From the NCBI RefSeq assembly GCF_006345805.1, contig NW_021834927.1, forward strand, positions 1-44,559: 44,559 bases of DNA, read 5' to 3'. Shown piece by piece: positions 1 to 11,649 of the stretch (within the stretch, counting starts at the first letter, position 1; each line of letters starts with the position of its first letter). The position numbers were made by a program, and so were the translations under genes. The DNA comes from Octopus sinensis (taxonomy: Eukaryota). The notes under the pieces were generated by a model. That model was not told where the DNA came from, did no database searches, and saw only the letters and a program-made list of their open reading frames with translations.

Positions 1-3
1 TAA

Positions 4-34
<31 letters not shown>

Positions 35-273
35 ACAAATAAATAAAAAAGGAACTGAAGCAAATAAAATTGTGAGGGCGGAAATATTATTTGCGACTTT
101 TATCAATCGGGTATGATAGTAACGTAGTGTATAGACTAGATATATAGATACGGTTATAAATGGGTTTGATTCCTGCGGAGGGAAGTGGCCCCTTACTATC
201 ATGTGTTTTCTGCTTTCAGTTTCTTCTGAATCCTCCTCCTCCTCCTCCTCCTCCTCCTACTACTACTACTACT

Positions 274-420
274 CAAATTCCGCGGAGTTCGACTTTGCTT
301 TTCATCCTTCTGGGGTCGATAAATTAAGTACCAGTTGCGTCCTGCGGTCGAGGTAATCGATTAATCCCCTCCCCCAAAATTTTAGGCTTTGAGCCTTTTG
401 TAGAAAGGATTATTATTATT
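274..420 (+). mobile_element. tRNA-derived SINE family A, 5'-truncated copy with (TAT)n tail
   Basis: caaattccgcggagttcgactttgcttttcatccttctggggtcgataaattaagtaccag matches the central part of the fuller copies at 7207 and 6230. Confidence 0.75.
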
Positions 421-448
421 ATTATTTTATTATTATTATTATTATTAT

Positions 449-490
<42 letters not shown>

Positions 491-562
491 CAGTTGTAGT
501 TGTAGTAGTAGTTGTAGTAGTAGTAGTAGTAGTACTAGTAGTAGCAGCAGCAGCAGCAGCAG
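420..562. repeat. Compound microsatellite (ATT)n(AGT)n(AGC)n
   Basis: Directly visible; explains the poly-L/poly-I ORF 422..763. Confidence 0.95.
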
Positions 563-783
563 TGGCAGAAGTGGGACACAGGTTAGCGCATCGCGCAAAA
601 TTCCTCGTGACATACCTTCCAGGGGTTTTTCTCTCCTTTCTGAGATCAAATCCCGCGAAAGTTGTCTTAGTTTATCATTCTTCGGGATCGATGAATAAAG
701 TACCAATGCAGTACTGAGTGCAATGTACTCGACTTGCCTCTCAAAACTGCTGGCCTCGTGCAAAAATTTGGTACTGTTGTTAC

Positions 784-855
<72 letters not shown>
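563..855 (+). mobile_element. Diverged SINE family A copy followed by (TTA)n tail
   Basis: gtggcagaa head, ttcttcgggatcgatgaataaagtacc core, tail motif ggcctcgtgcaaaaatttg, then (TTA)n. Confidence 0.6.
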
Positions 856-1299
856 TTGCTTTTGGTTTTTTAAACAAATGCTATTTCTTTTATGTCTTTT
901 TTGTTCCCTTTTATGTATTGTTTTGTTGTTTATATTTGCTTTCTTCGTTTTTGGATAATTGTTAACATGCCGTGTTAAAATTTATTTAAAATAAAAATAA
1001 TGATAAAAAGTTAACGATAATAAGAAAAAAAAAAGATTAGTGACAGATTGTTGAAGAAAGATTAGTGAAATCTGATGAGTTATGGCTAACATGCTGTGGG
1101 AAACTGAGTAAAGCACAAAAACCAACAGAAAAAAGTAGAAAACTGGAATCACTAAAAACGTGAGTGTTTGGCTCACATCTGTTAAAAGAAAGTTTTGAAG
1201 GAATTTGATGTGTGATTCCTCAACATGTCGAAAGTGAAATGAAGAAAATTATTGGTGTCTAACTGAGTCACGTGGCTTTAAAGTTGATGGTGATGGAAG

Positions 1300-1440
1300 C
1301 AGTAAATTCAATTTAGTCGGCCCGAATATATGGCTGGTACTTTGAATATCAAATGACCCAAGAATGCTGGATCGAAAAGTTGATCGTTGTGGGATTTGAA
1401 CTTAGAATGTAAAAAACAACGTAACTAGAATATCGCCAGC
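1300..1440 (-). mobile_element. Highly diverged SINE family A fragment
   Basis: gctggtacttt...gggatttgaacttagaatgtaa is the reverse complement of the core and B-box region. Confidence 0.45.
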
Positions 1441-1924
1441 TGTGTGTCATTGAAAATGTATGTACATCGTTGAAATCATAATGCCGTGCTTTTCGTCTGA
1501 GAGAGAATCTCTAGAGGGAGTGTTCTGTTACAAGTATAATCTACATCGGAGACAGGCGAACATCGAGACTCAAGAGAATGACACGCGAGTTTCGCGCTAT
1601 TTAGGAGTTCGTTGCTGCTGTGCAGATGTTAGTTTGATGTTGTTTAAAGGCATTTACGGTTGTATCGATTCTGCAGATTACTTCCATCTGCTCTATTGAT
1701 ATGATTTTAGTTTTCAATGGGTTCGAAGTTAAACTATTTCTCGCTTCTTAACTGTTAAAACATATAATTGCTCTTGTGATACAAGAAGTTTCTGAAGATC
1801 ATATCTGATACGTAATAAATATTATGTTGGGTGTCTTAAAAATACTGTGTGTACAGTTATATATCAACTAAGATTATCGTCGAGAGATGAGAGCTTACTC
1901 AAAGTAGCCGCTATCAGTTTAAAC

Positions 1925-2265
1925 TAGATCCTCAAGAATGCTCTAAACCTGCGCTATGCGTTCCTCTCCATGTCCCCGGAAGGATCTTTGAACATCTCTT
2001 TGATCTCGGGCAACAGCTCGGCCTCGGTGTCTTTCTCAAATGTGTCTTACACATAGTAATCTATAGAATTACAATCAGTGGAATTTTTTGAGACCAGAAA
2101 CTGGGGCTGGTGCCGTCGAAGACATTCTCCGACAATGACTTCTGGCCCTCTCCGGAGATATGGCGAAGAACCGAATCCACACATAGGACCTTGCAGTACT
2201 AAACCTCTCCAGCTACATATTGATCCCAGCTTCCAGCAGCTTCACATAGCCGTCTGCATTGAGCC
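1925..2265 (-). pseudogene. Tc1/mariner-superfamily DDE transposase relic (C-terminal part)
   Basis: Minus-strand frames give LNADGYVKLLE...RSYVW...STDCNSIDYYV*DTFEKDT...RRFRAFLE, resembling the SPDxNPxDYxxW motif region; contains stops and frameshifts. Confidence 0.75.
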
Positions 2266-2456
2266 TGAAACCCCATTAGGGGGTCGATAAAACTAAGTAC
2301 CAGTTGAACAATGGTGTCGATGTGGTCGACTTAACCACTCCCCCAAAATTCTTGGCCTTGTGACAAAATTTGGAGCCAGTAGTTATGTACCCCTGAAAAT
2401 CACGGTAGACAAAGATGACCACCCAACATGACACTGTTGGTTATTGATATTTAATC

Positions 2457-2678
2457 GGCGGCGAGCTGGCAGAATCATTAACACGCCTGCCGAAATGCTT
2501 AGAGGTATTTCCCTGTCCTTACGTTCTGAGTTTCAAATACCGCCGGGGTCGATTTTGCCTTTCATCCTTTCGGGGTCGATTAAACAAGTATCAGTTTTGG
2601 CACTGGGGTCGATGTAAATCGACTTAATTCCTGCCCTCAAATTTAAGGCCCTGTGCTTCCAGTAGAAAGGATATTTTA
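2457..2678 (+). mobile_element. tRNA-derived SINE family A, full length
   Basis: ggcggcgagctggcagaa head (A-box-like), gagtttcaaataccgcc (B-box-like), cctttcatcctttcggggtcga central domain (resembles Meta-type SINE domains, from memory). Confidence 0.85.
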
Positions 2679-3543
2679 TCGATTCCTGAAAACGAAACAC
2701 ACGCACATGTATATAAACGTATATACATGCACACGAATGGTCATACACATATAAACCTACATACATGTATACTAATACACATAATCACATGTGGATTTAG
2801 TCATGTACATACATACACAAACGTGCGTCCACAAACATACAATACACATGCACATACATATGTACACATCTATTCATACACATTTACTAAGCTACATACA
2901 CATATACACAAGGAGACACAGGGGTCAACAATCGTCTATGTGGCCGTTCGACAAGCTAGAAATAACAGCAAAATTCTCCTAGTACATATCAAACATTACA
3001 TTGTCTTCAAAGGAAAGGATTCATGGAATAAAGTGGATCCACATTGCCCTAAAAAACTGAATATCTTTAGCTGTTTATTTAGTCAAGCATTAGCAACAAC
3101 AACAACATCAACACACATAACTAAGTGAAAATTAAATGGAAGAGAAAGAAATCGTATCACACCAACAGTAACATACTTGAATTTGTGATCTTAGAAATGG
3201 TAACCGAAATCTTCCTCAAACAACAACGTACCGTCAGTAAAGTGAAAGTAGATATGGTCACTGATGCAACGAATTTGATCCATTGGGATGCTATATCAGA
3301 GGTTGCCGAGGGCTAAACATCAACAGCAATAATGAATCTAAGAACAACAACAGAAGCACGACGATCACGAAGACGATGTCAGTGAAAAATATCAAAAAAA
3401 TACCACCAAACTATTAGATTAATAACTAAAAGAACGAAGACAACAGAGAGAATAGAAACACAGCATCCACAGCAAAATCAAGAGAAAATTTTTAAAAAAG
3501 GGGCAGAAGCACCAACAGAAATAGTTTTATAAAAATCACAGCA

Positions 3544-3706
3544 GCAGGAGTGCTGTGTGGTAAGTAGCTTGCTAACCAACCACATGGTTCAGGGTTCAGT
3601 CCCACTGCGTGGCATCTTGGGCAAGTGTCTTCTGCTATAGCCCGGGCCGACCAATGCCTTGTGAGTGGATTTGGTAGTAGACGGAAACTGAAAGAAGCCT
3701 GTCGTA

Positions 3707-3753
<47 letters not shown>

Positions 3754-4012
3754 ATATATAGGTGTGTGGTGTGTGTGTGTGGTATGTGTATGGTTGTGTG
3801 TCTGTGTTTGTCCCCCTAGCATTGCTTGACAACCGATGCTGGTGTGTTTATGTCCCCGTCACTTAGCGGTTCGGTAAAAGAGACCAATAGAATAAGTACT
3901 GGGCTTACAAAGAATAAGTCCTGGGGTCGATTTGCTCGACTAAAGGCGGTGCTCCAGCATGGCCGCAGTCAAAATGACTGAAACAAGTAAAAGAGTAAAA
4001 GAGTAAAGAGTA
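3544..4012 (+). mobile_element. tRNA-derived SINE family B (CORE-like) with internal (TA)n/(TG)n and (GTAAAAGA)n tail
   Basis: A-box-like gctgtgtggtaag, B-box ggttcagtccc, CORE-like cttgggcaagt, 3' end ggcggtgctccagcatggccgcagtcaaaatgactgaaacaagtaaaagag. Confidence 0.9.
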
Positions 4013-4539
4013 ATGACATTAGCAGCGACAACAAACAACAACAACAACAGCATTAGAAACAATGAACACAGCAACAACCTTATGAACTTAGGATGGCAAC
4101 ATTAAAACAAAAGACAACAGCGATAATGCTCAAAGTGCTAGACCTTATAAAATGGCAGCTCTCCTAAAATGGCGAATTTTAGAACGCTAACAACATTAAC
4201 AGACGTATTGATAAATTATATCAAGTATATTTCTCACTCTCTATTGATATATCATTTTATACACACATACATATACATGAATATACATGCTTGCTATACA
4301 TGTGTGTATATATCTCTCACTTTGTATGAACATATAGACATACATATGCCTATATACACACACACACACACATATATATATGCATGTATATATATGTATA
4401 TATATATATATATTATGTGTGTGTGTGTGTGTATATATATGTATATATATACACATACATATACATATGTATGTGTGTGAGTCTGTGTATGTATTTGTTT
4501 TCCTTCCATTCCTCCACCGTTCCGCTCATTTCTTCCCTA

Positions 4540-4572
<33 letters not shown>

Positions 4573-4777
4573 CTTCTTTCTTTCTTCCTTCTTTCTTTCT
4601 CACTATCTTTTTCTCCTTTTCATTCATTCTCCTGAACCCTAACCATCTAATCACTCAGAGGGCAATAAAGAAAAACATACAAAATAAAGAACCAGTTTAA
4701 GAAAAAAAGAGTAAACAAATACACACGTATAGAATCGCCTAAAACGGACAAAATCACATACACACACGTATTAGTAT

Positions 4778-4809
<32 letters not shown>

Positions 4810-5149
4810 ACATATATATATATATAAATATACACAGCCGCCGATAAGGACGCTAGCGCGCGCAAAGCTTGAGGCGCTCTCAAAACATAAAAACGAACAG
4901 TAAATAAGATGCGAGAATACGCGTCGGATTTTAGTGAAGCTTGGCAAGTAATAATGCCGTTGAACAGGATGATGAGGACGACAATGATGATGATGATGAA
5001 GAGGAGGAGGACGATGATGATGACGACGATGATGATTATGAAGAGGTTGAAGATTTTTAAAGAGAAAGGAAATACGTTTTTCCTTTCAAAAGTTAAAGCT
5101 GTCTAAATGTAATTAAAAACTACTTTGTTGGGCGGAGAATGATAAAAGC

Positions 5150-5189
<40 letters not shown>

Positions 5190-5329
5190 GCGGCAACAAC
5201 AGCAGCAGTATCAATAGTAGACGTAATAACAACAACTTCAAAAACAGTAAATAAATAAGGAGGAATAATAAAGGAAAGCTGAACCCCAAAATTAAGGAAA
5301 CTAGAACACTAAAACATCGATAGTAATAA

Positions 5330-5543
5330 AGGTTTCAAGTTTTGGTACAAGGCCAGCAATTTTGTGGCAGGAGTAAGTCGATTACAACGACCCCAGTGCA
5401 TAACTGGTACTTTTTTCATTGAACCTGAAAGGATTAAAGGCAAAGTCGTCATCAGTGGAATATGAACACAGAATGTCATGACGGACGAAATGCCGTGAAA
5501 CATTTTGCACGGCGTGCTGATGGTTCTGCCGGTTGGCCGACTT
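5330..5543 (-). mobile_element. SINE family A, diverged copy
   Basis: Reverse complement of the head and core (gaccccagtgcataactggtac...gaaaggattaaaggcaaagtc). Confidence 0.75.
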
Positions 5544-5589
5544 TATAACAACAACAACAACAATAATAATAATCATAATAATAATCCAA

Positions 5590-5790
5590 TCTAATATAGG
5601 CACAGGCCTGAAATTTGCGGAGAGCTCGGTAGTCGATTGCATCATGTGTAACTAGTACTTATTTCATCGACCTCGAATGGGTGAAATGCAAAGTCGACCA
5701 GAGCGGAATATGAACTCAGAACGTGGGGAAGGACGAAATGCTGTTAAGCATTTCGCCCGGCGTGCTAAAGAATCTGCCAGCTCACCGCCT
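5590..5790 (-). mobile_element. SINE family A, diverged copy
   Basis: ctgccagctcaccgcc head and gcaaagtcgacc core in reverse orientation. Confidence 0.75.
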
Positions 5791-5819
5791 TACTCCTCCT
5801 CCTCCTCATCATCATCATC

Positions 5820-5896
<77 letters not shown>

Positions 5897-5920
5897 ACTA
5901 CTACTACTTCTGCTACTACT
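5790..5920. repeat. Compound trinucleotide microsatellite (CCT)(CAT)(CTA)(CTG)
   Basis: Directly visible. Confidence 0.95.
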
Positions 5921-6229
5921 GTCTTGTTCAAAGAAGGCACAGGATGAACGATTCGAACCCAGGAATTAATAATTGGGATCCAAACATGTCGCCCAATATG
6001 CCACTCGCCATCATTGAATCATACAACTTAAACGAAGAACAACGATGACTAATTTGGGGAAACATCACAGCGACAGAGAGAGAGAGAGAGAGAGAGAGTC
6101 GTAATTCTGGTTCAAAAAACGGTTGTGTCAGACTAAAATCTTGGGTACCATGGAAACAGCAAAAACACATTTAAAAAAAATTATTTGCCCAAGACCTCGG
6201 TGTGGAGTAAATATACTTCCGGTCCATTA

Positions 6230-6462
6230 CCTATTTCTATATTACTCACAAGGGGCTAAACATAGAGGGGACAAACAAGGACAGACATAGGTATTAAGTC
6301 GATTACATCGACCCCAGTGCGGAACTGGTACTTAATTTATCGACCCCGAAAGGATGAAAGGCAAAGTCAACCTCGGCGGAATTTGAACTCACAACGTAAC
6401 GGCAGACGAAATACCGCTAAGCATTTCATCCGGCGTGCTAACGTTTCTGCCAGCTCGCCGCC
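6230..6462 (-). mobile_element. SINE family A, full-length young copy
   Basis: Near-complete reverse complement of 7207-7440. Confidence 0.9.
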
Positions 6463-6557
6463 ATACACACACACACACATACACAAATAAGTATGCATAT
6501 GCATATATGTATGTGTGTACGTATATAAGAATGCATGTGTATGTGTGTTTGTTTATA

Positions 6558-6700
6558 TATCTACTACATAAGTAGGAAATTCTGTCTGTGGGTGTGTTTG
6601 TGGAGTTGTTAGCTAACTCCTCCTGAAACATGAGTTGAACTCATGTCTGGAAACTTCATGGCGTACTCAGATTGTTGAAAAAATCGATAATAGGGCCCTT
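6558..6700 (+). mobile_element. Possible non-autonomous Helitron-like 5' end
   Basis: tctactacataag...tctgtctgt...ctaactcctcctgaaac...gaaacttcatgg resembles HelitronN 5' regions as recalled; no 3' CTAG end identified. Confidence 0.3.
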
Positions 6701-7206
6701 GGAAGGGATCCTTATATATATTTGATATGTTTCATATTAATAACCAAGGGAAATAACCCATTCGCCCAGATTTTAACAGCCATAGGAAATAACTTATCAA
6801 TTTTCCTAAATTATTTGGTATAAATCAAATTGAGTATGCTTATTTCTTAGTATTTTAACTGTTAGTTATTTTCGCAATTTATCCAGTACAACCCTTAAAC
6901 AAGTAAATAGTATTTTCCTAAACAATAGATGCACTTATTTCGGTTAGTGACTTATTCACGAACATACCAACACTAACACCGCTGAGGGTAATATTCTCTG
7001 GGAACGCACAAAAGCCCTTTTCAGAGTTATTTACTTTGAATCGTTATTATCTCATATCTGATTAGCCTGTTATTACGAAACAATTTTAACATACATGCCT
7101 TGTTAGTATTTACTCCTAAGTTCTATATACTCTTGGAATGCATTAAAGCTATTTTGGGGACAACAAAAACCGTTTAAGTGTTGCAAGCTTTGTATTGTTG
7201 TTATTC

Positions 7207-7440
7207 GGCGAGCTGGCAGAAACGTTAGCACACCGGGCGAAATGCGTAGCCGTATTTCGTCTGCCGTTACGCTCTGGGTTCAAATTCCGCCGAGGTCGAC
7301 TTTGCCTTTCATCCTTTCGGGGTCGATAAATTAAGTACCAGTTACGCACTGGGGTCGATGTAATCGACTTAAACCATTTGTCTGTCCTTGTTTGTACCCT
7401 CTGTGTTTGGCCCCTTGTGGGTAGTAAAGAAATAGTTATT
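7207..7440 (+). mobile_element. SINE family A, full-length young copy
   Basis: ggcgagctggcagaa head, ggttcaaattccgcc B-box, cctttcatcctttcggggtcgataaattaagtacc core. Confidence 0.9.
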
Positions 7441-7518
7441 AGATTAGCGAAACAATAATGAGAACGGAACCAAGAAATAAGCCCCGCAATCCCGGGAATT
7501 ACCGGGTACGTCAGCTAG

Positions 7519-7787
7519 TACATACATACATACATACATACATACATACATACATACATACATACATACACATACATACATACATACAACATACATACAT
7601 CCATACATACACATACATACATACATACATACATACATACATACATACATACATACATACATACATACATACATACTACATACATACATACATACATACA
7701 TACATACATACATACATACATAATACATACATACATACATACATACATACATACATACATACATACATACATAATACATATATATAT
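7519..7787. repeat. (CATA)n microsatellite, ~270 bp
   Basis: Directly visible; explains the YVCM/HTYI ORFs. Confidence 0.95.
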
Positions 7788-7994
7788 ATTAGAAGGTTTG
7801 GAGATGATATACAGGTATTTTATATTAGAAGAAATGAGGTACTCAGAAATTTGGATGGTTTTATATTTACAGATATTTATCTGTATAATACATGTTTTTA
7901 TACATCATATAACTTATATCATATATCATATATTAGCGCTTTCGTCCATTCTGGTTGAGTTTTCAAATTGAATTAAGTTCTTGTGGAAAAATGT

Positions 7995-8900
7995 TGACCA
8001 GTTTATAGTGTTATTGAGTGTGTAGTGGTGGGGAAGGATATAAGATAGTACAAGAGGGTGATGAATGGGTAGAAAGTGAGAGAGAGCATATGTGTGTGTG
8101 TGTGCGTGTGTGTGCGTGTGTGTGCGTGTGTGTGTTTGTGTGTGTGTTTTTGTATCTGAAAGAGTGTTAAAGAAAAAGAAGGAAAGGAAGAAAAGGGAGA
8201 GAGGGAAGAAGAAAAAATTGTTTTGCTGGTGTTGGTTAGGATATTTACACCAAGGGGGGGTCTAAGATCTTGGGGAAAAATTTGACCATTTTATAGTATT
8301 ATTGAGTGTGTAGTGGTGGGGAGGGATATAAGATAGTACAAGATGGTGATGAATTGGGTGAAGTGAGAGAGAGCAAGTGTGTGTGTGCGTGTGTGTTTGT
8401 ATCTGAAAGAGTGTTAAAGAAAAAAAGAAAGGAAGAAAAGGAAGAGAAAGAAGACCATAAATTGTATTTCCTTTTTATTGTTGCCTTGTGAGAGAAGGTG
8501 TGTGTGTGTGTGTGTTTGTGTGTGTGTTTTGTATCTGAAAGAGTGTTAAAGAAAAAGAAGGAAAGGAAGAAAAGGGAGAGAGGGAAGAAGAAAAAATTGT
8601 TTTGCTGGTGTTGGTTAGGATATTTACACCAAGGGGGGGTCTAAGATCTTGGGGAAAAATTTGACCATTTTATAGTATTATTGAGTGTGTAGTGGTGGGG
8701 AGGGATATAAGATAGTACAAGATGGTGATGAATGGGGTGAAAGTGAGAGAGAGCAAGTGTGTGTGTGCGTGTGTGTTTGTATCTGAAAGAGTGTTAAAGA
8801 AAAAAAGGAAAGGAAGAAAAGGAAGAGAAAGAAGACCATAAATTGTATTTCCTTTTTATTGTTGCCTTGTGAGAGAAGGTGTGTGTGTGTGTGTGTTTTT
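7995..8900. repeat. Tandem duplication with ~379-bp period and nested sub-repeats
   Basis: gtatctgaaagagtgttaaagaaaaagaagg at ~8152 and ~8531; ttgaccattttatagtattattgag at 8282 and 8661. Confidence 0.9.
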
Positions 8901-9789
8901 GTGTGTGTTGTGTGTTTGTGCGCGCGTATGTTTGTGTTTGTGTCTTTGTATCTGAAAGAAGTGTTAAGGAGGAATGGTCCAGTTGTTAAGCGTAACCAGT
9001 CATCGGCTTTTAGAAATGGTCAAGAGTGCCACTTTTGTTTATATTCTTGCAACTGTAAATGATTTTTGGTTTTTAGAAATTGGCCATTTCAAAAAAGAAT
9101 TGTCTGGATTTCTTTTTATTATTGTTTTGTGAAGGTGTGTGTGTGTGCGCGTGTGTGTGGGCGCCTGTGAATCTGGAAGGGAAGAAAGAAGTAAAAGAGG
9201 AAGAAGAAATAATTGTGTTGATATTTATTCCACTATTCAGTTCTTTCAATCCAATGTTTGATCCCTGTGCTTACATGGGATGGAAAATCTGGATTACAAA
9301 ATCAGGTTTGTTTTATTCACATTTTAAAAGTCAATTTGCTTTGGTGATCAACAAGAATGTAGAGTAATATACTGTGTACTAAATGCTATACTATGTTTGT
9401 TAAATTATAAATTGAAAGATTTGTCCTTCAGTGTATGATGAGCAAAATTTTATAAGATCCATACTTGAGAAAGAGACTTTCTTGTGTTGAAGTTACAGAT
9501 GACAGAATACAAACTGACAACCACTGAGTCCGTTGTCTGATCCTCAATTGATTTAGTCTAATATCTCACTGATTGACAGTTAAATAAATATTACGTTTAA
9601 TCATACAGAAGTAACTGGTTCTACAAATAAAAGTAAAATGGTTTCATTCAAATATTAGAATACTATTTGTTCAATGTTGCATTTTCAAAAACCAAAACAT
9701 ATGTGTAGAACTGTGTGTGTGTGTGTGTGTGTTTAATACAATTTACTTAACAAATTTGGTCCTTCATCTGGTACAGCTTATTATAGAGA

Positions 9790-10510
9790 TATTTTCAGCC
9801 ATTCAATTTGGGGGAGAACTTAGTTATGAAGTATTTTTCCATATTCCTCTTGAAGGAGGTGTCATTCTTTGGACATTTGTAGAAAGGAAAGATCTTAAAT
9901 TTTCCTTCTCCACATGTATCTAGGTGTTTACTCAGTGGTATCTTGCGCAGTTCCTCCTGTCGGACATGTTGTCGGTGAATTCTGCCTCGCTGGCACAAAG
10001 AATTTCCAGTTTCACTCCTTGCATGTGGGGCAGGTTATGCAGTATATTACGTTCTGCGTCTTGCAGTTCATATCTGCATTTATTTTGAATATGTGACCAC
10101 TTTTAAACTTCATTTCTTTGTCTCCCTCTATGTATTTGTAGGTGGGATTGCTGCAGATCCCACATCAACCATCTCCGCACTCTTTTACAAAGAATTCAGT
10201 TTTAGTTTCTGATGATAATTTCGCTCTTGTTAGATGTTTCTTCAGGTTTTTTCTTGTCGTCTACTGTTTTTTATGCAATATTTGTTTAGTATGTTTTCCA
10301 TTTTAGGGCTTTGTAAGACTATTGGTAGGTTTGAATGTATGATTTGAAACATGTTGGTAACTCCAGGGTTGTGTGTGTTTATGAAAGGGATAATATTTTC
10401 TTTGCTTTTTGTTTTGGGGGTCATGAGTTGTGTGATGTCTAGTTTCATTGCTCTTGAGATTACATTTTTTATTAGTTTAAGGGTATTTTTGTTCTAGTAG
10501 GAACTTTTTA
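9790..10510 (-). pseudogene. Penelope-like retroelement relic: post-RT linker plus GIY-YIG endonuclease
   Basis: IIPFINTHNP...NSRRQ, Cys-rich linker CGDG*CGICS, NCKTQNVIYCITCPTCKE, ETGNSL.QR.RIHRQH, MEKYFITKFSPKLN; the YIG segment is deleted and there are several stops. Confidence 0.85.
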
Positions 10511-10560
10511 AGTTCATCTAGTTATATTAGGCGTGTTTGTGAGTCACACACACACACACA

Positions 10561-10621
<61 letters not shown>

Positions 10622-10734
10622 GGTAAAAACGGCAAGATAACAAAAGAAAGAAAGATACCTCAATATTATGTAAATATTATGTAAATAGAGGATTTTATCT
10701 GTAAATGTAATATCTGACAATTACTCGCTAGCCA

Positions 10735-10797
10735 AGATAAAACTCTAAGTTTCGGATCCCGAGGTGGAAATCCACACCACCATCTCTTCAGTTATCT
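10735..10797 (-). ncRNA. Type I hammerhead ribozyme-like motif (stem II base imperfect)
   Basis: AGAUAA-CUGAAGA-[GAUG...GAUCC]-GAAAC-UUAGA-GUU-UUAUCU: 6-bp stem I, complete core, GUU triplet. Confidence 0.6.
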
Positions 10798-11040
10798 GAC
10801 CATCAGAAAAACGCTATGAAAAAAGATCGTTATACAAAGGGAAATTACTGTGTTATAGACCGCTAATTATACAAAAGCGCGAATTCGAAAGACCGCTAAT
10901 TAAGATAAGGTTAAAAGTTCATAGTAAACGTGTAAGCGTGTCTGTTCATACGTACACATGTGCGCTCGCACACCCACCTTCGTACGCATACATTATTATG
11001 AAATATAACGGTCTGTTTTCATAGCGTTTTTCCGATGGCC

Positions 11041-11103
11041 AAATAACTGAAGAGATGGTGGTGTGGATTTCTACCTCGGCATCCGAAACTTAGAATTATA
11101 GCT
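11041..11103 (+). ncRNA. Degenerate hammerhead motif, inverted paralogue of 10735-10797
   Basis: ctgaaga gatg...catc c gaaac ttaga att; cleavage triplet and stem I are mutated. Confidence 0.4.
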
Positions 11104-11234
11104 TGACTACCGAGTAATTGTCACATATGATTTTTACAGATATATATATGCTAAAAGGAGCAGTCAAAGCCCAACACTCGGTTAAGAGTAATTTCGAAGG
11201 GGATGAAAAATAAAAGCATTTTCAATAGTTTCCT

Positions 11235-11290
11235 CTTGTACCTAGGTTTCGAACATTAAGAAACAAATAAAATAATTTGTCATCAGCAAG
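11235..11290 (-). ncRNA. Type I hammerhead ribozyme, near-intact (G10.1 replaced by C)
   Basis: CUUG-CUGAUGA-c...UUC-GAAAC-CUAG-GUA-CAAG; palindromic stem III ACCUAGGU. Confidence 0.65.
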
Positions 11291-11649
11291 GCACTAAAAA
11301 TTAACGTATAATTATGGGACAAATAGAGGGCACATGCCTCATCTTTATACATTATAATTTTTCAAATCCACTGTGCATGCGGAGTTATAGTCGGCAGCGA
11401 ATAAGCATATACATATATATATATATGCCAACTTTCTTCAAAATTATGAAAATCATATTGAGAAAATATATATGGGTTAGGAAAATTAGAAAAACTTTCT
11501 ACCAGTGGCTAGCATGCATCAAATAGTAAACTGGTGTCCTGTGAGGGTCACCTCTTTTGTATATAAATGTGCGCTAATTTTATATGAAAAATATGTTGTC
11601 TTTTGACAATACTATTTTATGGCGTGCTAGCCACTATAATATATATCTA

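Larger units (their letters stand above)
10697..11141. mobile_element. PLE-derived non-autonomous element with ~137-bp inverted arms
   Basis: 10697-10832 is about 85% identical (by eye) to the reverse complement of 11004-11141; (TA)n on both sides. Confidence 0.75.

Noticed and set aside
1065-1116. ctgatga...gaaac-tga-gta hammerhead-like core on the + strand
   Set aside because: Stem I does not pair next to the core, and 9 extra nt separate stem II from GAAA; the region may instead be decayed coding sequence (faint THAP-like WL..C...SH..KESF, also unproven)
7995-8900. CRISPR-like or other prokaryotic array interpretation of periodic repeats
   Set aside because: Eukaryotic context, and the units are duplicated in full with no unique spacers
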